55,872 nt of DNA from Syntrophomonadaceae bacterium. GTDB taxonomy: Bacteria > Bacillota > Dethiobacteria > DTU022 > UBA8154. The stretch covers positions 1 to 55,872 of the forward strand of contig PWRZ01000101.1 in NCBI GenBank assembly GCA_003563385.1, in the 5' to 3' direction. Both the position numbers and the translations under genes were made by a program. The notes beneath the pieces are model-generated. The model searched no databases. It saw only the letters and a list, made by a program, of their open reading frames with translations, and was not told the origin of the DNA. This document shows, in pieces, positions 46,278-55,872 of this stretch. Each line of letters begins with the position of its first letter. The first letter of the stretch is position 1.

Positions 46278-46421
46278 CTTTCACCTGCAATTCGCGGCTT
46301 GCCTGGACAAATTAAAAGGATATTTTCTACTATCCTATGCCCGGCCAAAACTGACTATGAACATTACCCCTTCACGTCAATTATAACGGCAAGGCAGTTA
46401 AAATTTTGTTATAATATGGCA

Positions 46422-46454
46422 TCAAAAACAAAAAAGGTATGTTTGCACATACCT
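46422..46454 (-). terminator. rho-independent terminator after ftsZ
   Basis: Minus strand AGGTATGT-gcaa-ACATACCT (8-bp stem, GNRA-type loop) followed by TTTTTTGTTTTTG. Confidence 0.75.
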
Positions 46455-46493
46455 TTTAAAAATGCGTCCCTTTGTCCAGTTTCGAACCCGGCT

Positions 46494-47546
46494 TTAATGC
46501 CCGGAACGGCGACGCCTTAAAAATGTCGGTATATCGATATCGGCATCGTTGAAAGAAGACTTGAGCACGATATCTTCTTTTTGCTGGGCCGGCTTCTTGT
46601 CAAACCCGGTTGCTATTACTGTCACCCTGGCCTCTTCTTCAAAAGATTCGTCTATTACAGCGCCGAATATAATATTGGCTTCATGGTCCGCGGCCTCGGC
46701 GACCGCTTCGGCGGCCTCATGTATTTCAAAAAGGCTTAAATTGCTGCCTCCCGTTACATTGATCAATATTCCGCGCGCCCCTTCTATGGAAGTCTCCAGC
46801 AGGGGACTGAATATAGCCAGCTTGGCGGCCTCAACGGCACTGCTTTCGCCGCTGGCCGCTCCTACTCCCATCAAGGCGGTACCCCTCTCTTCCATGATGG
46901 CCCTTACATCGGCAAAATCGAGGTTGATCAAGCCGGGGATGGCGATAAGGTCGGATATACCCTGCACTCCCTGCCGCAAAACATCGTTTGCTATACGAAA
47001 AGCTTCCAGCAAAGGGGTGCGCTTGTCCACTACCTGCAGGAGCCTGTCATTGGGAATGACTATGAGGGTATCCACTTTTTCCTTGAGCGAATCAAGGCCT
47101 TTTTCCGCCTGCATCATGCGGCGCCGGCCCTCAAAGGTAAAGGGCCTTGTAACAACCCCCCCCGTTAAAGCGCCCACTTTTTTGGCAATCTCCGCGATGA
47201 CAGGTGCCCCGCCCGTGCCGGTACCGCCTCCCATACCGGCGGTAATAAATACCATGTCCGAGCCCTTCAGCACCGCCTCAATCTCCTCGCTGCTCTCCTC
47301 CGCAGCCTGGCAGCCGATATCGGGGTTGCCGCCGGAGCCCAATCCCTTGGTCAACTTGGCCCCGATCTGCAGCTTTGTTCCGGACCGGGCCAGTTCAAGG
47401 GCCTGGGCGTCCGTATTTACGGAAATAAAATCAACTCCCTTGAGCCCTGCCGCTATCATGCGGTTGACAGCATTGCTGCCGCCTCCACCGATTCCAATAA
47501 CCTTGATTTGAGCGTAAAGCTCCATTTCAATATCAAAGTCAATCAT
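46494..47546 (-). CDS. ftsZ: cell-division GTPase FtsZ
   Basis: [17 protein letters not shown], the tubulin signature [15 protein letters not shown], and the C-terminal [10 protein letters not shown] tail. Confidence 0.98.
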   Translation of the reverse strand: MIDFDIEMELYAQIKVIGIGGGGSNAVNRMIAAGLKGVDFISVNTDAQALELARSGTKLQIGAKLTKGLGSGGNPDIGCQAAEESSEEIEAVLKGSDMVFITAGMGGGTGTGGAPVIAEIAKKVGALTGGVVTRPFTFEGRRRMMQAEKGLDSLKEKVDTLIVIPNDRLLQVVDKRTPLLEAFRIANDVLRQGVQGISDLIAIPGLINLDFADVRAIMEERGTALMGVGAASGESSAVEAAKLAIFSPLLETSIEGARGILINVTGGSNLSLFEIHEAAEAVAEAADHEANIIFGAVIDESFEEEARVTVIATGFDKKPAQQKEDIVLKSSFNDADIDIPTFLRRRRSGH

Positions 47547-47584
47547 GTTACCAGTACCCTCCTAAATATCTTAACAGTAAACAG

Positions 47585-48814
47585 CTACTCCCATATATCA
47601 GCAAAAAAAGCTTTGATTCTTTTCCATAAGCTTCCCACGGATCCTTTTTTGCTGTTATGGCTCTTTACCATCCGGCCCACTCCCTGGTTCCGGAGAACAT
47701 AATGAATAATCCCCACGGCAGTGGAATAAATGGGGCTTTTCACACCGAGGTATTCGGGCTGGGCAGTGCGGACGGGACATTGAAAAACGGATTCACAAAA
47801 TTCGGTTATCCCCTTCATCAAAGAAACGCCACCGGTCAGCACTACTCCGGCGGGAGGCATTTTGGCATGTCCCATGCGGTTCATTTCCTGGAGACAGAGA
47901 TGCATAATCTCCTGTATACGCGGCTCGATATAGTTAAAAACCTCCCTGGTAGAGACATTTCGTTTTTCTCTGCCGCTGATGCCTTCTATCTCTATTTCCT
48001 GTTCATCGGAAGCCATTTCAGCAACAGCAAAGCCGTGTTCCAATTTCAATTTCTCGGCCAGCTTGAAGGTAGTTCTCATACCGACAGCCAGGTCGTTGGT
48101 GATATGATCTCCTCCCGTAGGCAGCACAGCCATGTCGCTGAGCCCGCCGTGCTGGAAGAAAGAAACCTCCGTCGTCCCCCCCCCGAGGTCAATTAAAAAA
48201 ACCCCCAGTTCTTTTTCGTCCCTGGAAAGACATACCTCGCCGTTGGCAAGGGCGTTTAAAATAATGGCATTGACCTCATGCCCGGACATATTGACGCAGC
48301 GCAGCAGGTTGCGAAGCGAAGTCATGGCACCGGTGACAATCATGGCATCAACTTCCAGGCGCACGCCCAGCATTCCAACAGGATCCCGTATGCCGTCATA
48401 GCCGTCAACAATAAACTCGCGCGGGATAACATCAATGATTTCCTTGTCCTGCGGCAGCGCTATAACCCTGGCCGCCTGTAAAACCCTCTCCACATCCTGT
48501 TCCGTTATCTCCTTGTCTTCCCGCGATACTGCCACAACTCCCCTGTTGTTGACCAGGCCGGCATGGGAGCCGACTATACCCACGTTTACTGTCTCCAGCT
48601 TGGCCCCAACCATTCGCTCCGCCTCGGCAACAGCACTGTTGATGGACTCCACGGTCCGTTCCAGGTCTATAATAACACTTTTTTTTATTCCCTCAGAAGG
48701 GCTTGTCCCAACCCCAATTATGTTGACCATACCGCCGGAGGCAATTTCTCCGACAATAACCCTGATGTTGGATGTTCCTATATCTATTCCAGCAACTATA
48801 TCACGTCTGGTCAA
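47585..48814 (-). CDS. ftsA: cell-division protein FtsA
   Basis: Actin-fold motifs VAGIDIGTSNIRV, DLGGGTT and VLTGGVS. TTG start with GGGAGGGG upstream. Confidence 0.97.
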   Translation of the reverse strand: MTRRDIVAGIDIGTSNIRVIVGEIASGGMVNIIGVGTSPSEGIKKSVIIDLERTVESINSAVAEAERMVGAKLETVNVGIVGSHAGLVNNRGVVAVSREDKEITEQDVERVLQAARVIALPQDKEIIDVIPREFIVDGYDGIRDPVGMLGVRLEVDAMIVTGAMTSLRNLLRCVNMSGHEVNAIILNALANGEVCLSRDEKELGVFLIDLGGGTTEVSFFQHGGLSDMAVLPTGGDHITNDLAVGMRTTFKLAEKLKLEHGFAVAEMASDEQEIEIEGISGREKRNVSTREVFNYIEPRIQEIMHLCLQEMNRMGHAKMPPAGVVLTGGVSLMKGITEFCESVFQCPVRTAQPEYLGVKSPIYSTAVGIIHYVLRNQGVGRMVKSHNSKKGSVGSLWKRIKAFFADIWE

Positions 48815-48904
48815 AAATATCCCCTCCCAGGTAACGGGCCTTACAAAATACTTCTACTTTTTACATATTCCACATATTAAATATATTTCCTTTTAACGTA
48901 ACAA

Positions 48905-49693
48905 TTATTTTTTGTTGACCCTGAATGTCGGAGCCTCCGGGACTCTCAAATCAAGGTAGCCGTCTGTAACTTCCGGTTCAGCCTCCGGCAGGCGGTAATA
49001 AATCTGCTGCAGCACTTCGAGCTTTTTCGCCATCTCCTCCACGCCCCCCAGCCATACCTCCAGGCCTTCACGTGTATAGACTTTTACGTTATCGGGGTTG
49101 GATACGTTAATTTCGGCCAGGGGGATAAAAGACTGCCCCTCCATTACCTCCAGGAAAATATCAATTATTTCCCTGCGTACCTGGTCGCGTATAACATCCC
49201 CTACATCCATTCTTCCCCACATCAGCCCGCTGACCAGGGGGAGCTCACCTTCATAATGGTCCCTAATGCCGATAAAAACGCTGTCCTGAGAAAGCTCAAG
49301 GTAATAGCCGTGGTAAGGGACAAGGGCAAGAGGATACTTCTCCCGGATATGGATAGCCAGCTTCTGCGGGAGAACCCTCTCTATTTCAACATCGGCAACC
49401 CTGGGAATATCAAGGATCTTTCCCCTCATATCCGGCGGGTTTATCTTCCATATGTTCATACCTTCACTGATTCCTACAGCAAGGAGTATCTCTTCGGTGG
49501 AAACCTTGTCCAGCCCTTTAATAGATATCTCTTCAATGCTGAAATGAGGAGAGCGCAAAAAAAGAAGCAGGGAAACATTGACAATGGCAAAAATAAATAC
49601 AAAAACCAGCTTGCCCTTTATTCTTTTTATTTCTTTGCGCTCTACGACAAGTTCGTGTTTACCGGTAGAATATGTGCCATAGCGCTTTTCCAT
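48905..49693 (-). CDS. ftsQ: cell-division protein FtsQ/DivIB (POTRA domain)
   Basis: Single TM (LVFVFIFAIVNVSLLLFL), then a POTRA segment (IEEISIKGLDKVSTEEIL) and a beta domain. Lies just upstream of ftsA. Confidence 0.85.
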   Translation of the reverse strand: MEKRYGTYSTGKHELVVERKEIKRIKGKLVFVFIFAIVNVSLLLFLRSPHFSIEEISIKGLDKVSTEEILLAVGISEGMNIWKINPPDMRGKILDIPRVADVEIERVLPQKLAIHIREKYPLALVPYHGYYLELSQDSVFIGIRDHYEGELPLVSGLMWGRMDVGDVIRDQVRREIIDIFLEVMEGQSFIPLAEINVSNPDNVKVYTREGLEVWLGGVEEMAKKLEVLQQIYYRLPEAEPEVTDGYLDLRVPEAPTFRVNKK

Positions 49694-49770
49694 TTTATCA
49701 CCATCTTAATTGAATGGAAAGTCCTATCAGTGCAATGTCATATTTTTTTTTCATCCAAAGGGGCTGATGA

Positions 49771-51033
49771 TCATATTTCCACAGCCCTCTCTATTTTTGC
49801 GCCCAGCTTCTGCAGGTCGCGTTCAAGGCGCTCGTAGCCGCGGTCTATATGACTGACATCGCTGACAACGGTACTCCCCTCGGCAGCAAGGCCGGCAATA
49901 ACAAGCGCCGCTCCCGCCCGCAGGTCGCTCGTGTGCACGGTTGTTCCGCTCAGTTTTTTTACCCCCTCGATAAACGCTGTCCTGCCGTTGACGCTTATAC
50001 GTGCATTCATCTTGTTCAGCTCGTGGGCATGCCTGAAGCGTGCTTCAAAAATGCTTTCCACTATGACACTTTCCCCTTCGGCAATTGCCAGCAGGGCCAT
50101 CATGGGGGCCTGGAGGTCGGTAGGAAACCCGGGATAAGGAAGCGTGCGCAGTGTTTTCACCGCTTTAAGCCTGCCGTTTAATACCTCCAGGCTGTCCTCG
50201 GTGCTCCTTATTATCACACCGGCCTCTTTCATCTTGGCCACAACGGCATCGAGGTGTGCCGGGATTATACCTTTTAGAAGGACCTCCCCGCCGGTTGCCG
50301 CCGCCGCCATTAAAATAGTCCCGGCCACGATCCTGTCGGGGATAATGCGATAAGAACAGCTTTCCAGGGAATCTACACCTTCTATGCGCAGTGTCTCGGT
50401 GCCGGCACCTTTTACCCTGCCGCCCATGGCATTTAAAAAGTTCTGCAGGTCTACGATCTCCGGCTCCTTGGCAACGTTATAGATAACCGTTTTACCCCTT
50501 GCCAGCACTGCTGCCATCATAAGATTCTCAGTAGCGCCCACGCTCGGATAGTCAAGGTGTATATCCGCACCCCGGAGGCCGGAAGTAGAAGCAAAAATAT
50601 AACCGTTATTTTCCTCTATTTTCGCACCCAGTGCCTCCAGTCCCTTAAGATGCAGGTCTACCGGGCGGGGGCCGATTGAACATCCTCCCGGGTAAGTAAC
50701 CCTGACCCGGCCCAACCTCCCCAGCAGTGGACCCATCAAGAAAACAGATGAGCGCATCTCCCTCATCAAGCGGTCAGGAATAGAATAACTGTCCAGGTTC
50801 CGGGAACTGATCAGCAGGGTATTTCCCGCCGATTTAACCTCCATACCCAGTGACTGCAGTATCTGCTTCATGACAAACATATCCTGGATGATCGGTATGT
50901 TTTTTAACTCAACATCCCTGGGGCTGGAGTTGAGAACGGAAGCAGCCATAATAGGGAGCATAGAATTCTTGGCGCCCTTTATCGATAATGAACCTTTTAA
51001 ACTTTTTCCTCCTTCAATAAGAAACTTTTCCAT
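49771..51033 (-). CDS. murA: UDP-N-acetylglucosamine 1-carboxyvinyltransferase
   Basis: IKGAKNSMLPIMAA, the active-site loop YPGGCSIGPRPVDLH, and PGFPTDLQ. Confidence 0.96.
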   Translation of the reverse strand: MEKFLIEGGKSLKGSLSIKGAKNSMLPIMAASVLNSSPRDVELKNIPIIQDMFVMKQILQSLGMEVKSAGNTLLISSRNLDSYSIPDRLMREMRSSVFLMGPLLGRLGRVRVTYPGGCSIGPRPVDLHLKGLEALGAKIEENNGYIFASTSGLRGADIHLDYPSVGATENLMMAAVLARGKTVIYNVAKEPEIVDLQNFLNAMGGRVKGAGTETLRIEGVDSLESCSYRIIPDRIVAGTILMAAAATGGEVLLKGIIPAHLDAVVAKMKEAGVIIRSTEDSLEVLNGRLKAVKTLRTLPYPGFPTDLQAPMMALLAIAEGESVIVESIFEARFRHAHELNKMNARISVNGRTAFIEGVKKLSGTTVHTSDLRAGAALVIAGLAAEGSTVVSDVSHIDRGYERLERDLQKLGAKIERAVEI

Positions 51034-51044
51034 TCTTCCCTCTC

Positions 51045-51953
51045 CTATTTAACACCGTTGTCTCCAATTACTTTGATCTCGAGCTCCAGGTCAACCGCAA
51101 AATGCTCTTTCACCATATTTTTGACCTTCTCGATCAACTTTAATATATCAGCCGCTGTAGCGCCGCCGGTGTTCACTATAAAATTGCCGTGCCTTGGTGA
51201 GACCTGTGCCCCACCGAGGGTTATGCCCTTTGCTCCCGCCTGCTCGATCAGGTAGCCGGCCGGCTCCCCGGTGGGATTTCTAAAGACACTTCCCGCGCTG
51301 GGCAAAGTTGGATGCCTGAGCCGCCTCTTTTTAAGGAGCTCCTCTGCCTGCTGCATTATACTGTCCCTGCTGCCTTCCTGCAGCTGCAAAACCCCTTCCA
51401 GGATTACAGTCTCCTCATCCTGGAAGCTGCTGCGGCGGTAAGAAAAGAGCAGTTCTTCACGGGCGCGCACCCTTATGTGCCCGTGAAGGTCCATGGTAGT
51501 AACTTCTCGCATCAAATTGCCAATGGTGGACCCATATGCACCGGCATTCATATACAGTGCCCCGCCGAGGCTGCCCGGAATGCCGAGCGCGAACTCCAGG
51601 CCGCTGAGGCCTCTCTGGATGGCTTCCCATGAAATCCTTGGCAGTGTCACCGCCGACCCCGCCCTGACGATACCATTATCAAAGGTAAGGACGGAGCAGA
51701 CTGAAGAAAGGTTTAAAATTATACCTCTTATTCCCCCGTCCTTTACCAGCAAATTGGTCCCTTCACCTAGTATAACAAGAGGGACCCCGCTGCGGCGGGC
51801 CAGTGCAAGCACCTGCCTCAGCTCATCGTAGGTTTCCGGGAAAACCATCATTTCCGCCGGGCCGCCGACACCTATGGATGTATAACGGGACATCGGCACA
51901 TCCCGGAGAACCGGTTTTTTTAAAATATCGGCCAGGTCTTCTTTCCAGCCCAC
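51045..51953 (-). CDS. murB: UDP-N-acetylenolpyruvoylglucosamine reductase
   Basis: FAD domain YTSIGVGGPAEMMV...LGEGTNLLV, then GSLGGALYMNAGAYG and SAGSVFRNP. GTG start. Confidence 0.95.
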   Translation of the reverse strand: MGWKEDLADILKKPVLRDVPMSRYTSIGVGGPAEMMVFPETYDELRQVLALARRSGVPLVILGEGTNLLVKDGGIRGIILNLSSVCSVLTFDNGIVRAGSAVTLPRISWEAIQRGLSGLEFALGIPGSLGGALYMNAGAYGSTIGNLMREVTTMDLHGHIRVRAREELLFSYRRSSFQDEETVILEGVLQLQEGSRDSIMQQAEELLKKRRLRHPTLPSAGSVFRNPTGEPAGYLIEQAGAKGITLGGAQVSPRHGNFIVNTGGATAADILKLIEKVKNMVKEHFAVDLELEIKVIGDNGVK

Positions 51954-51981
51954 CTGTCGCCCACCTTTGCCCTAATACTAT

Positions 51982-52010
51982 ACTATATGCTATGCAGTGG
52001 GGAAAAGCAA
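51982..52010 (-). promoter_or_regulatory. candidate sigma-A promoter upstream of murB
   Basis: Minus strand TTGCTT - 17 nt - TATAGT, in the 86-nt murG-murB gap. Confidence 0.45.
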
Positions 52011-52039
52011 CGTGATAAACAGCAACTTGTCCCTGAATC

Positions 52040-53146
52040 TTATGAGGGTGGAAACATCAGCTTGTATATATTTTCAGCAGCACCCGTATTGCCCAACTTT
52101 TTGCTGTTTTCTTTCATCTCGGCCAGCCTGGAGGGGCTGCCCAGCAGCTCATAAACGGCCTGCTGCAGCATGCGGCCGTCTAAGACCGTCTCCTCGAGCA
52201 ACACGGCAGCTCCCTTCCCCGCCAGCTCCCGGGCATTGATAAACTGGTGGTTGTGAACAACATTTGGAGAGGGTATGATAATAGCCGGGAGCCCTATGGC
52301 GGTTATTTCGGCAATGGTGGTAGCGCCGGCCCTGGTTATAATAAGGTCCGCTGCAGCCATGGCCAGGGGCATTTCCTGCTGGTAAGGACGAACGCACAGG
52401 CGCCCGCCAAATTGTTCAAAGCATTTACCCTCCTGCAGCCTAAAAACCACTTTTTCATAATAGCTCTCGCCGGTTATATAAAGTACCTGCAGGTTTTTGT
52501 TTCCCGAAGAGCGCAGCAAAAATTCGACCATGCTCTCGTTTACCTTTGCCGCTCCCCTGCTCCCGCTTACTGCAAGGAGCAGGGGCAGCTCTGTATCCAT
52601 ATTCAGGGCCCGGCGCGCCGTTGTCTTATCAACCCGGTCCATCAATGAAGCGCGCGGGTTCCCGGTAACGAAAAGATTTGACCTCCTTATAAAGTACCTG
52701 CGGGAACCCTCAAAGGAAAGGCATACCCTGTAAACCCAGGGAGCCAGAAAGCGGTTTGTCAGGCCGGGGACGACGTTCTGCTCGTGGATGATCACTTTTT
52801 TATTTTTCTTCAGGGCCGCCAGCATAACCGGGGCGGCCGCATAGCCTCCCGTCCCCATAACAAAGTGGGGATCTACCTGGTCGACTATTTTCCCGGCCTG
52901 GAAACACGACGAGGCCAGCAGGTAAACGGCACTGAACAGCCGCGGAGGGAGCCGCCGCGGAAAGCCCCTTACATTGAGTGTTTGAAGGCGAAACCCGGCA
53001 CCGGGTATTAACTTTTCTTCCATTCCCCCGCGGGCTCCTACAAATAGAATTTCAGCACCCGGGTTTACCTTTTTAATATATTGTGCCAGGGCCAGGGCGG
53101 GATAAATATGCCCTCCCGTCCCGCCACCGGTAAGTATTAGCCGCAA
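52040..53146 (-). CDS. murG: UDP-N-acetylglucosamine:lipid I N-acetylglucosaminyltransferase
   Basis: LTGGGTGGHIYPALA, the GT28 C-terminal half ITRAGATTIAEI, and NHQ...NA. Confidence 0.96.
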   Translation of the reverse strand: MRLILTGGGTGGHIYPALALAQYIKKVNPGAEILFVGARGGMEEKLIPGAGFRLQTLNVRGFPRRLPPRLFSAVYLLASSCFQAGKIVDQVDPHFVMGTGGYAAAPVMLAALKKNKKVIIHEQNVVPGLTNRFLAPWVYRVCLSFEGSRRYFIRRSNLFVTGNPRASLMDRVDKTTARRALNMDTELPLLLAVSGSRGAAKVNESMVEFLLRSSGNKNLQVLYITGESYYEKVVFRLQEGKCFEQFGGRLCVRPYQQEMPLAMAAADLIITRAGATTIAEITAIGLPAIIIPSPNVVHNHQFINARELAGKGAAVLLEETVLDGRMLQQAVYELLGSPSRLAEMKENSKKLGNTGAAENIYKLMFPPS

Positions 53147-53162
53147 TGTTAACCCTCCCCCG

Positions 53163-54278
53163 TCAGCGGCTGTAGCGGGAAATGTTCATTAATATTCCCA
53201 TGCCGAACATTGTAAAAAACAGGGAGCTCCCACCGGCGCTGATAAAAGGAAGGTTTATGCCCGTTATGGGAATGGATCCCGTTACTACTCCTATGTTTAT
53301 CAAAGCCTGCACTGCCACCATAGCTGTAACCCCGGCAGCAAGGAGGCTTCCATATGAATCCGGTGCCGTGAGTGATGTTTTGAATCCTCTCCATATGAGA
53401 ATAAAAAACAGCAGTATCACGGTGGCTGCCCCCAGGAAGCCAAGTTCCTCGCCGATAATGGCAAAAATAAAATCATTCTGGGGCTCCGGTAAATAGTACA
53501 GTTTCTGGCGGCTTCTACCCAGTCCCACGCCGAAAAGACCACCGGGGCCCAGTGCATAGAGGGACTGGATAATGTGATAGCCCGTATCCAGGGGGTCGGA
53601 CCAGGGATCGAGGAAAGAAAAAATACGGCGCATGCGGTATTCCTTGCTGATCATCAGGTACAGTACCAGGGGGGTGCTCACAAACAGCAGGGAAATTAAC
53701 TGTTTCCAGGGTATCCCCGCTGCGAAAACCATTATGCCGACAATCAACGCCAGCGCCAAGGCGGTTCCCAGGTCTGGTTGAGCGAGAATAAGCAAAAAAG
53801 TTCCGCCAGTAAAGGCAAGGGGGATAAAGCTGCTGCTCCAAAAATTTTCGATCCGAATATTTTTTCTGCTCAGAAACGCAGCACTGAAGATAATCAGGGC
53901 CAGCTTGCTGAACTCGGCGGGCTGTATAGAAAACCCGCCCACGCCTATCCAGCGGCTGGCTTCATTTATCTCAATGCCAATGCCGGGTATATATACGGCA
54001 CCAAGGAGGATAAAATTGACAACGAGCATCGGTAAAACAAGCTTACGCCATTTCCAGTAGCCGATATTTGAAGCGGCGATCATGCCTGCCAGGCCCAGCA
54101 CCACCCAGAAAGCCTGGCGCCTGAGAAAAAAAAAGGGGTCTCCTCTTGATTCTAGAGAGAGTATGTAGCTGGCGCTGAAAACCATTACCAGTCCGAAACC
54201 AACCAGGATCAGGACGGTAAAAAATATGGCAAAGTCAGGCGGCTTTCTTAATTCATTCTCGGTGGAGGTTTTTTTCAC
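53163..54278 (-). CDS. spoVE: SEDS-family peptidoglycan glycosyltransferase (FtsW/SpoVE); the murD-X-murG position matches spoVE of spore formers
   Basis: Ten-TM SEDS pattern: RWIGVGGFSIQPAEFSK, QPDLGTA, PEPQNDFIFAIIGEELG and PITGINLPFISAGGSS. Overlaps the murD 3' end by 26 nt. Confidence 0.92.
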   Translation of the reverse strand: MKKTSTENELRKPPDFAIFFTVLILVGFGLVMVFSASYILSLESRGDPFFFLRRQAFWVVLGLAGMIAASNIGYWKWRKLVLPMLVVNFILLGAVYIPGIGIEINEASRWIGVGGFSIQPAEFSKLALIIFSAAFLSRKNIRIENFWSSSFIPLAFTGGTFLLILAQPDLGTALALALIVGIMVFAAGIPWKQLISLLFVSTPLVLYLMISKEYRMRRIFSFLDPWSDPLDTGYHIIQSLYALGPGGLFGVGLGRSRQKLYYLPEPQNDFIFAIIGEELGFLGAATVILLFFILIWRGFKTSLTAPDSYGSLLAAGVTAMVAVQALINIGVVTGSIPITGINLPFISAGGSSLFFTMFGMGILMNISRYSR

Positions 54279-55659
54279 TTTGGAGGCCCTCCTTTAAAGT
54301 ACGCACAGCAGCCGCAAAAATTTCCCCCCGCTCCTCGTAATTTTCGAACATATCCCAGCTGGCACACGATGGAGAGAGGACAACGGTATCGCCCGCAGCA
54401 GCACCGCTGAAAGCTTCCTTTACGGCGGCATCCATGTCCGGAACAATCACAGGCTCCCCCAGTCCTTTCCCCCTAACAGCGGCAGCTATTTGAGAAGCCG
54501 ATTCGCCGAGCAGGACCAGCTTTTTTACTCCTTCCTCCAGCATCACCTGAACAAGGGGCCTGAAATCGCTGCCCTTGTTTACACCGCCGGCAATGAGGAT
54601 CTTCGGCCCTTTCAAGGCTCGCAGCGCATTTACAGTGGCATCCGGGTTGGTCCCCTTGGAATCGTTAATAAAGGTTATCCCGTTTATCCTGGCCACTTCC
54701 TCCAGGCGATGCGCGACCCCCGGAAATGTCTTCAGTACAGAGGCTATCTTTTCGGTCTCCACCCCGCCGGCCCAGGAAACGGCTGCAGCGGCAAGGGCAT
54801 TTTCGAGGTTGTGAAGCCCGAGTATTTTTACCATACCGGCGGGACAAACGTGGTGGGTACTGCCGTCACTGTTGATTACTATATTGCCGTCCTTCAGGCA
54901 CACTCCCGCTTCGAGCTCCTCCCGGCGGCTGAAAAATAGCAGCCTGCCATTCACCTCTGGGGCCAGCCCCTTTACCCGCCGGTCATCCCAGTTTAAAACG
55001 GCCCAATCGCCGCCGCACTGGTTAACAAGAATGTTCTTTTTAGCAGCGCTATAGTTTTCCACGCTGGAGTGATAGTCCAGGTGGTCGGGAGCGATATTGA
55101 GGATGGCGGCGATAGAAACCCTGAATTTATCTATGTTTTCCAGTTGGAAGCTGCTCAGCTCGGCAACAATTATCTCTCCTTGAACGGGGCTGCTTACCGC
55201 TTCGCACAGCGGGAAGCCGATGTTGCCGGCCACATGGACGTGCGTGTATTTCTGCCTGAACATCTCTCCGACCAGCGAGGCTGTCGTCGTCTTACCGTTC
55301 GTACCTGTTATACCAACCAGGGGCACCGGACTGAAGCGGTAGGCAAGCTCCACCTCTGAATACACCTTGATACCAAGCCGGGCAGCCCTTTTTAAAATGG
55401 GCAGCCCAGGGTTTATACCGGGGCTTTTGATAATTAGGGAAACCCCCTCGAGCACGCTCAGGGGATGCCCACCGGCCACAATTTTCACCTGCGGAAAACC
55501 GGCAAACTCTGCCAGCGCTTCCTTGAGATGCTCTCTCTCTTTGCAGTCATTGGCCACGATTTTTGAAGCAGCCGCTTTGATTAACAGACGTACAGCGGCC
55601 CTCCCGCTCCTGGCCAGCCCCAGGACCAGCACTGTCCGGCCCTTAATGTCTTCCAGCAA
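54253..55659 (-). CDS. murD: UDP-N-acetylmuramoylalanine-D-glutamate ligase
   Basis: VLVLGLARSG Rossmann segment, GITGTNGKTTT P-loop, and the Mur ligase C-terminal domain DSKGTNPDAT. Confidence 0.95.
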   Translation of the reverse strand: MLEDIKGRTVLVLGLARSGRAAVRLLIKAAASKIVANDCKEREHLKEALAEFAGFPQVKIVAGGHPLSVLEGVSLIIKSPGINPGLPILKRAARLGIKVYSEVELAYRFSPVPLVGITGTNGKTTTASLVGEMFRQKYTHVHVAGNIGFPLCEAVSSPVQGEIIVAELSSFQLENIDKFRVSIAAILNIAPDHLDYHSSVENYSAAKKNILVNQCGGDWAVLNWDDRRVKGLAPEVNGRLLFFSRREELEAGVCLKDGNIVINSDGSTHHVCPAGMVKILGLHNLENALAAAAVSWAGGVETEKIASVLKTFPGVAHRLEEVARINGITFINDSKGTNPDATVNALRALKGPKILIAGGVNKGSDFRPLVQVMLEEGVKKLVLLGESASQIAAAVRGKGLGEPVIVPDMDAAVKEAFSGAAAGDTVVLSPSCASWDMFENYEERGEIFAAAVRTLKEGLQSEKNLHRE

Positions 55660-55665
55660 CAGTGA

Positions 55666-55872
55666 TCACCTCAGCAGGGGGGTAAATTCTAGCAGGCCCA
55701 GAACGGCAAAGAAAAATCCGAGGGCCCAAAACCCGGTTACTACCTGCCATTCAGACCATCCTTTCATCTCAAAATGGTGATGCAGCGGGCTCATCAAAAA
55801 GACCCTTTTCCCCGTCAGGCGAAAAGCGATCACCTGGATGATAACAGAAAGTGTTTCCAGCACAAATACCCC
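55666..55872 (-). CDS. mraY: phospho-N-acetylmuramoyl-pentapeptide transferase, C-terminal 68 codons (5' end outside the window)
   Basis: The frame is open to the window edge. [19 protein letters not shown] is the conserved MraY C-terminal motif. Confidence 0.9.
   Translation of the reverse strand, partial: GVFVLETLSVIIQVIAFRLTGKRVFLMSPLHHHFEMKGWSEWQVVTGFWALGFFFAVLGLLEFTPLLR

Noticed and set aside
46380-46414. TTATAA - 23 nt - TATAAT upstream of spoIIGA, reminiscent of the over-spaced Spo0A-dependent spoIIG promoter of B. subtilis.
   Set aside because: I could not find convincing 0A boxes (TGTCGAA / TTCGACA). The best candidates, TTCGAAA and GGACAAA, are upstream of the ftsZ terminator. The -35-like hexamer is weak, so this is too speculative to call.
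46549-47511. A 320-aa plus-strand ORF antisense to ftsZ.
   Set aside because: Same artefact. The Ser/Ala/Pro-rich translation mirrors the GGN/GCN-rich ftsZ codons. There is no RBS and no recognisable domain.
54126-54134. A 9-nt homopolymer (T9 on the coding strand) inside spoVE as a possible slippage or phase-variation site. An A8 run also occurs in mutM at about 3285.
   Set aside because: The frame is intact and the tract simply encodes Phe-Phe-Phe in a TM segment of an essential-type gene. There is no alternative frame with coding potential.

Overview
This 55.9-kb window is conserved chromosomal core from an endospore-forming Firmicute with Clostridia-type gene order. The sporulation genes spoIIGA-sigE-sigG, spoVE, a spoIIM-like gene, ytaF and ylmC support that assignment. 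I call 56 CDS, 54 on the minus strand and 2 on the plus strand, packed tightly with many 4-nt start/stop overlaps.

Gene order from high to low coordinates:
- Division and cell wall: mraY-murD-spoVE-murG-murB-murA-ftsQ-ftsA-ftsZ
- Sporulation sigma factors: spoIIGA-sigE-sigG, then a small secreted ORF and ylmC
- nrdR plus an NrdD-like gene
- The ylm block: pgeF(ylmD), an HlyD-like gene, yggS(ylmE), sepF, yggT, ylmH, divIVA
- A T-box(Ile) leader and ileS, then a DUF5665-like gene, a DksA/TraR-like gene, lspA, rluD, pyrR
- rqcH (+), a Ca-type P-ATPase, yicC, remA, gmk, rpoZ, coaBC, a spoIIM-like gene (+)
- priA-def-fmt-DUF116-rsmB, then prpC-prkC-rsgA-rpe
- ribD-ribE-ribBA-ribH, then polA-mutM-ytaF-coaE-slt and a partial isocitrate/isopropylmalate dehydrogenase

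I saw no rRNA, tRNA, CRISPR array, transposase, integrase, phage or defence-like genes, and no convincing novel multi-gene system.

The observations most worth a second look are local:
1. An NrdR-linked ATP-cone/NrdD-like ORF ends where the Zn-ribbon and glycyl-radical module should begin.
2. Two conserved genes, yggT and rsgA, can only be completed with non-canonical start codons (ATT and CTG). yggT is absent from the supplied ORF track for this reason.
3. A small signal-peptide ORF is co-transcribed with sigG.
4. An orphan HlyD-like adaptor sits inside the ylm division block.
5. The rib operon has no room for an FMN riboswitch.
6. Several GC-rich structured spacers are not explained by the genes.

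All functional calls rest on remembered family motifs and synteny. No database search was run.
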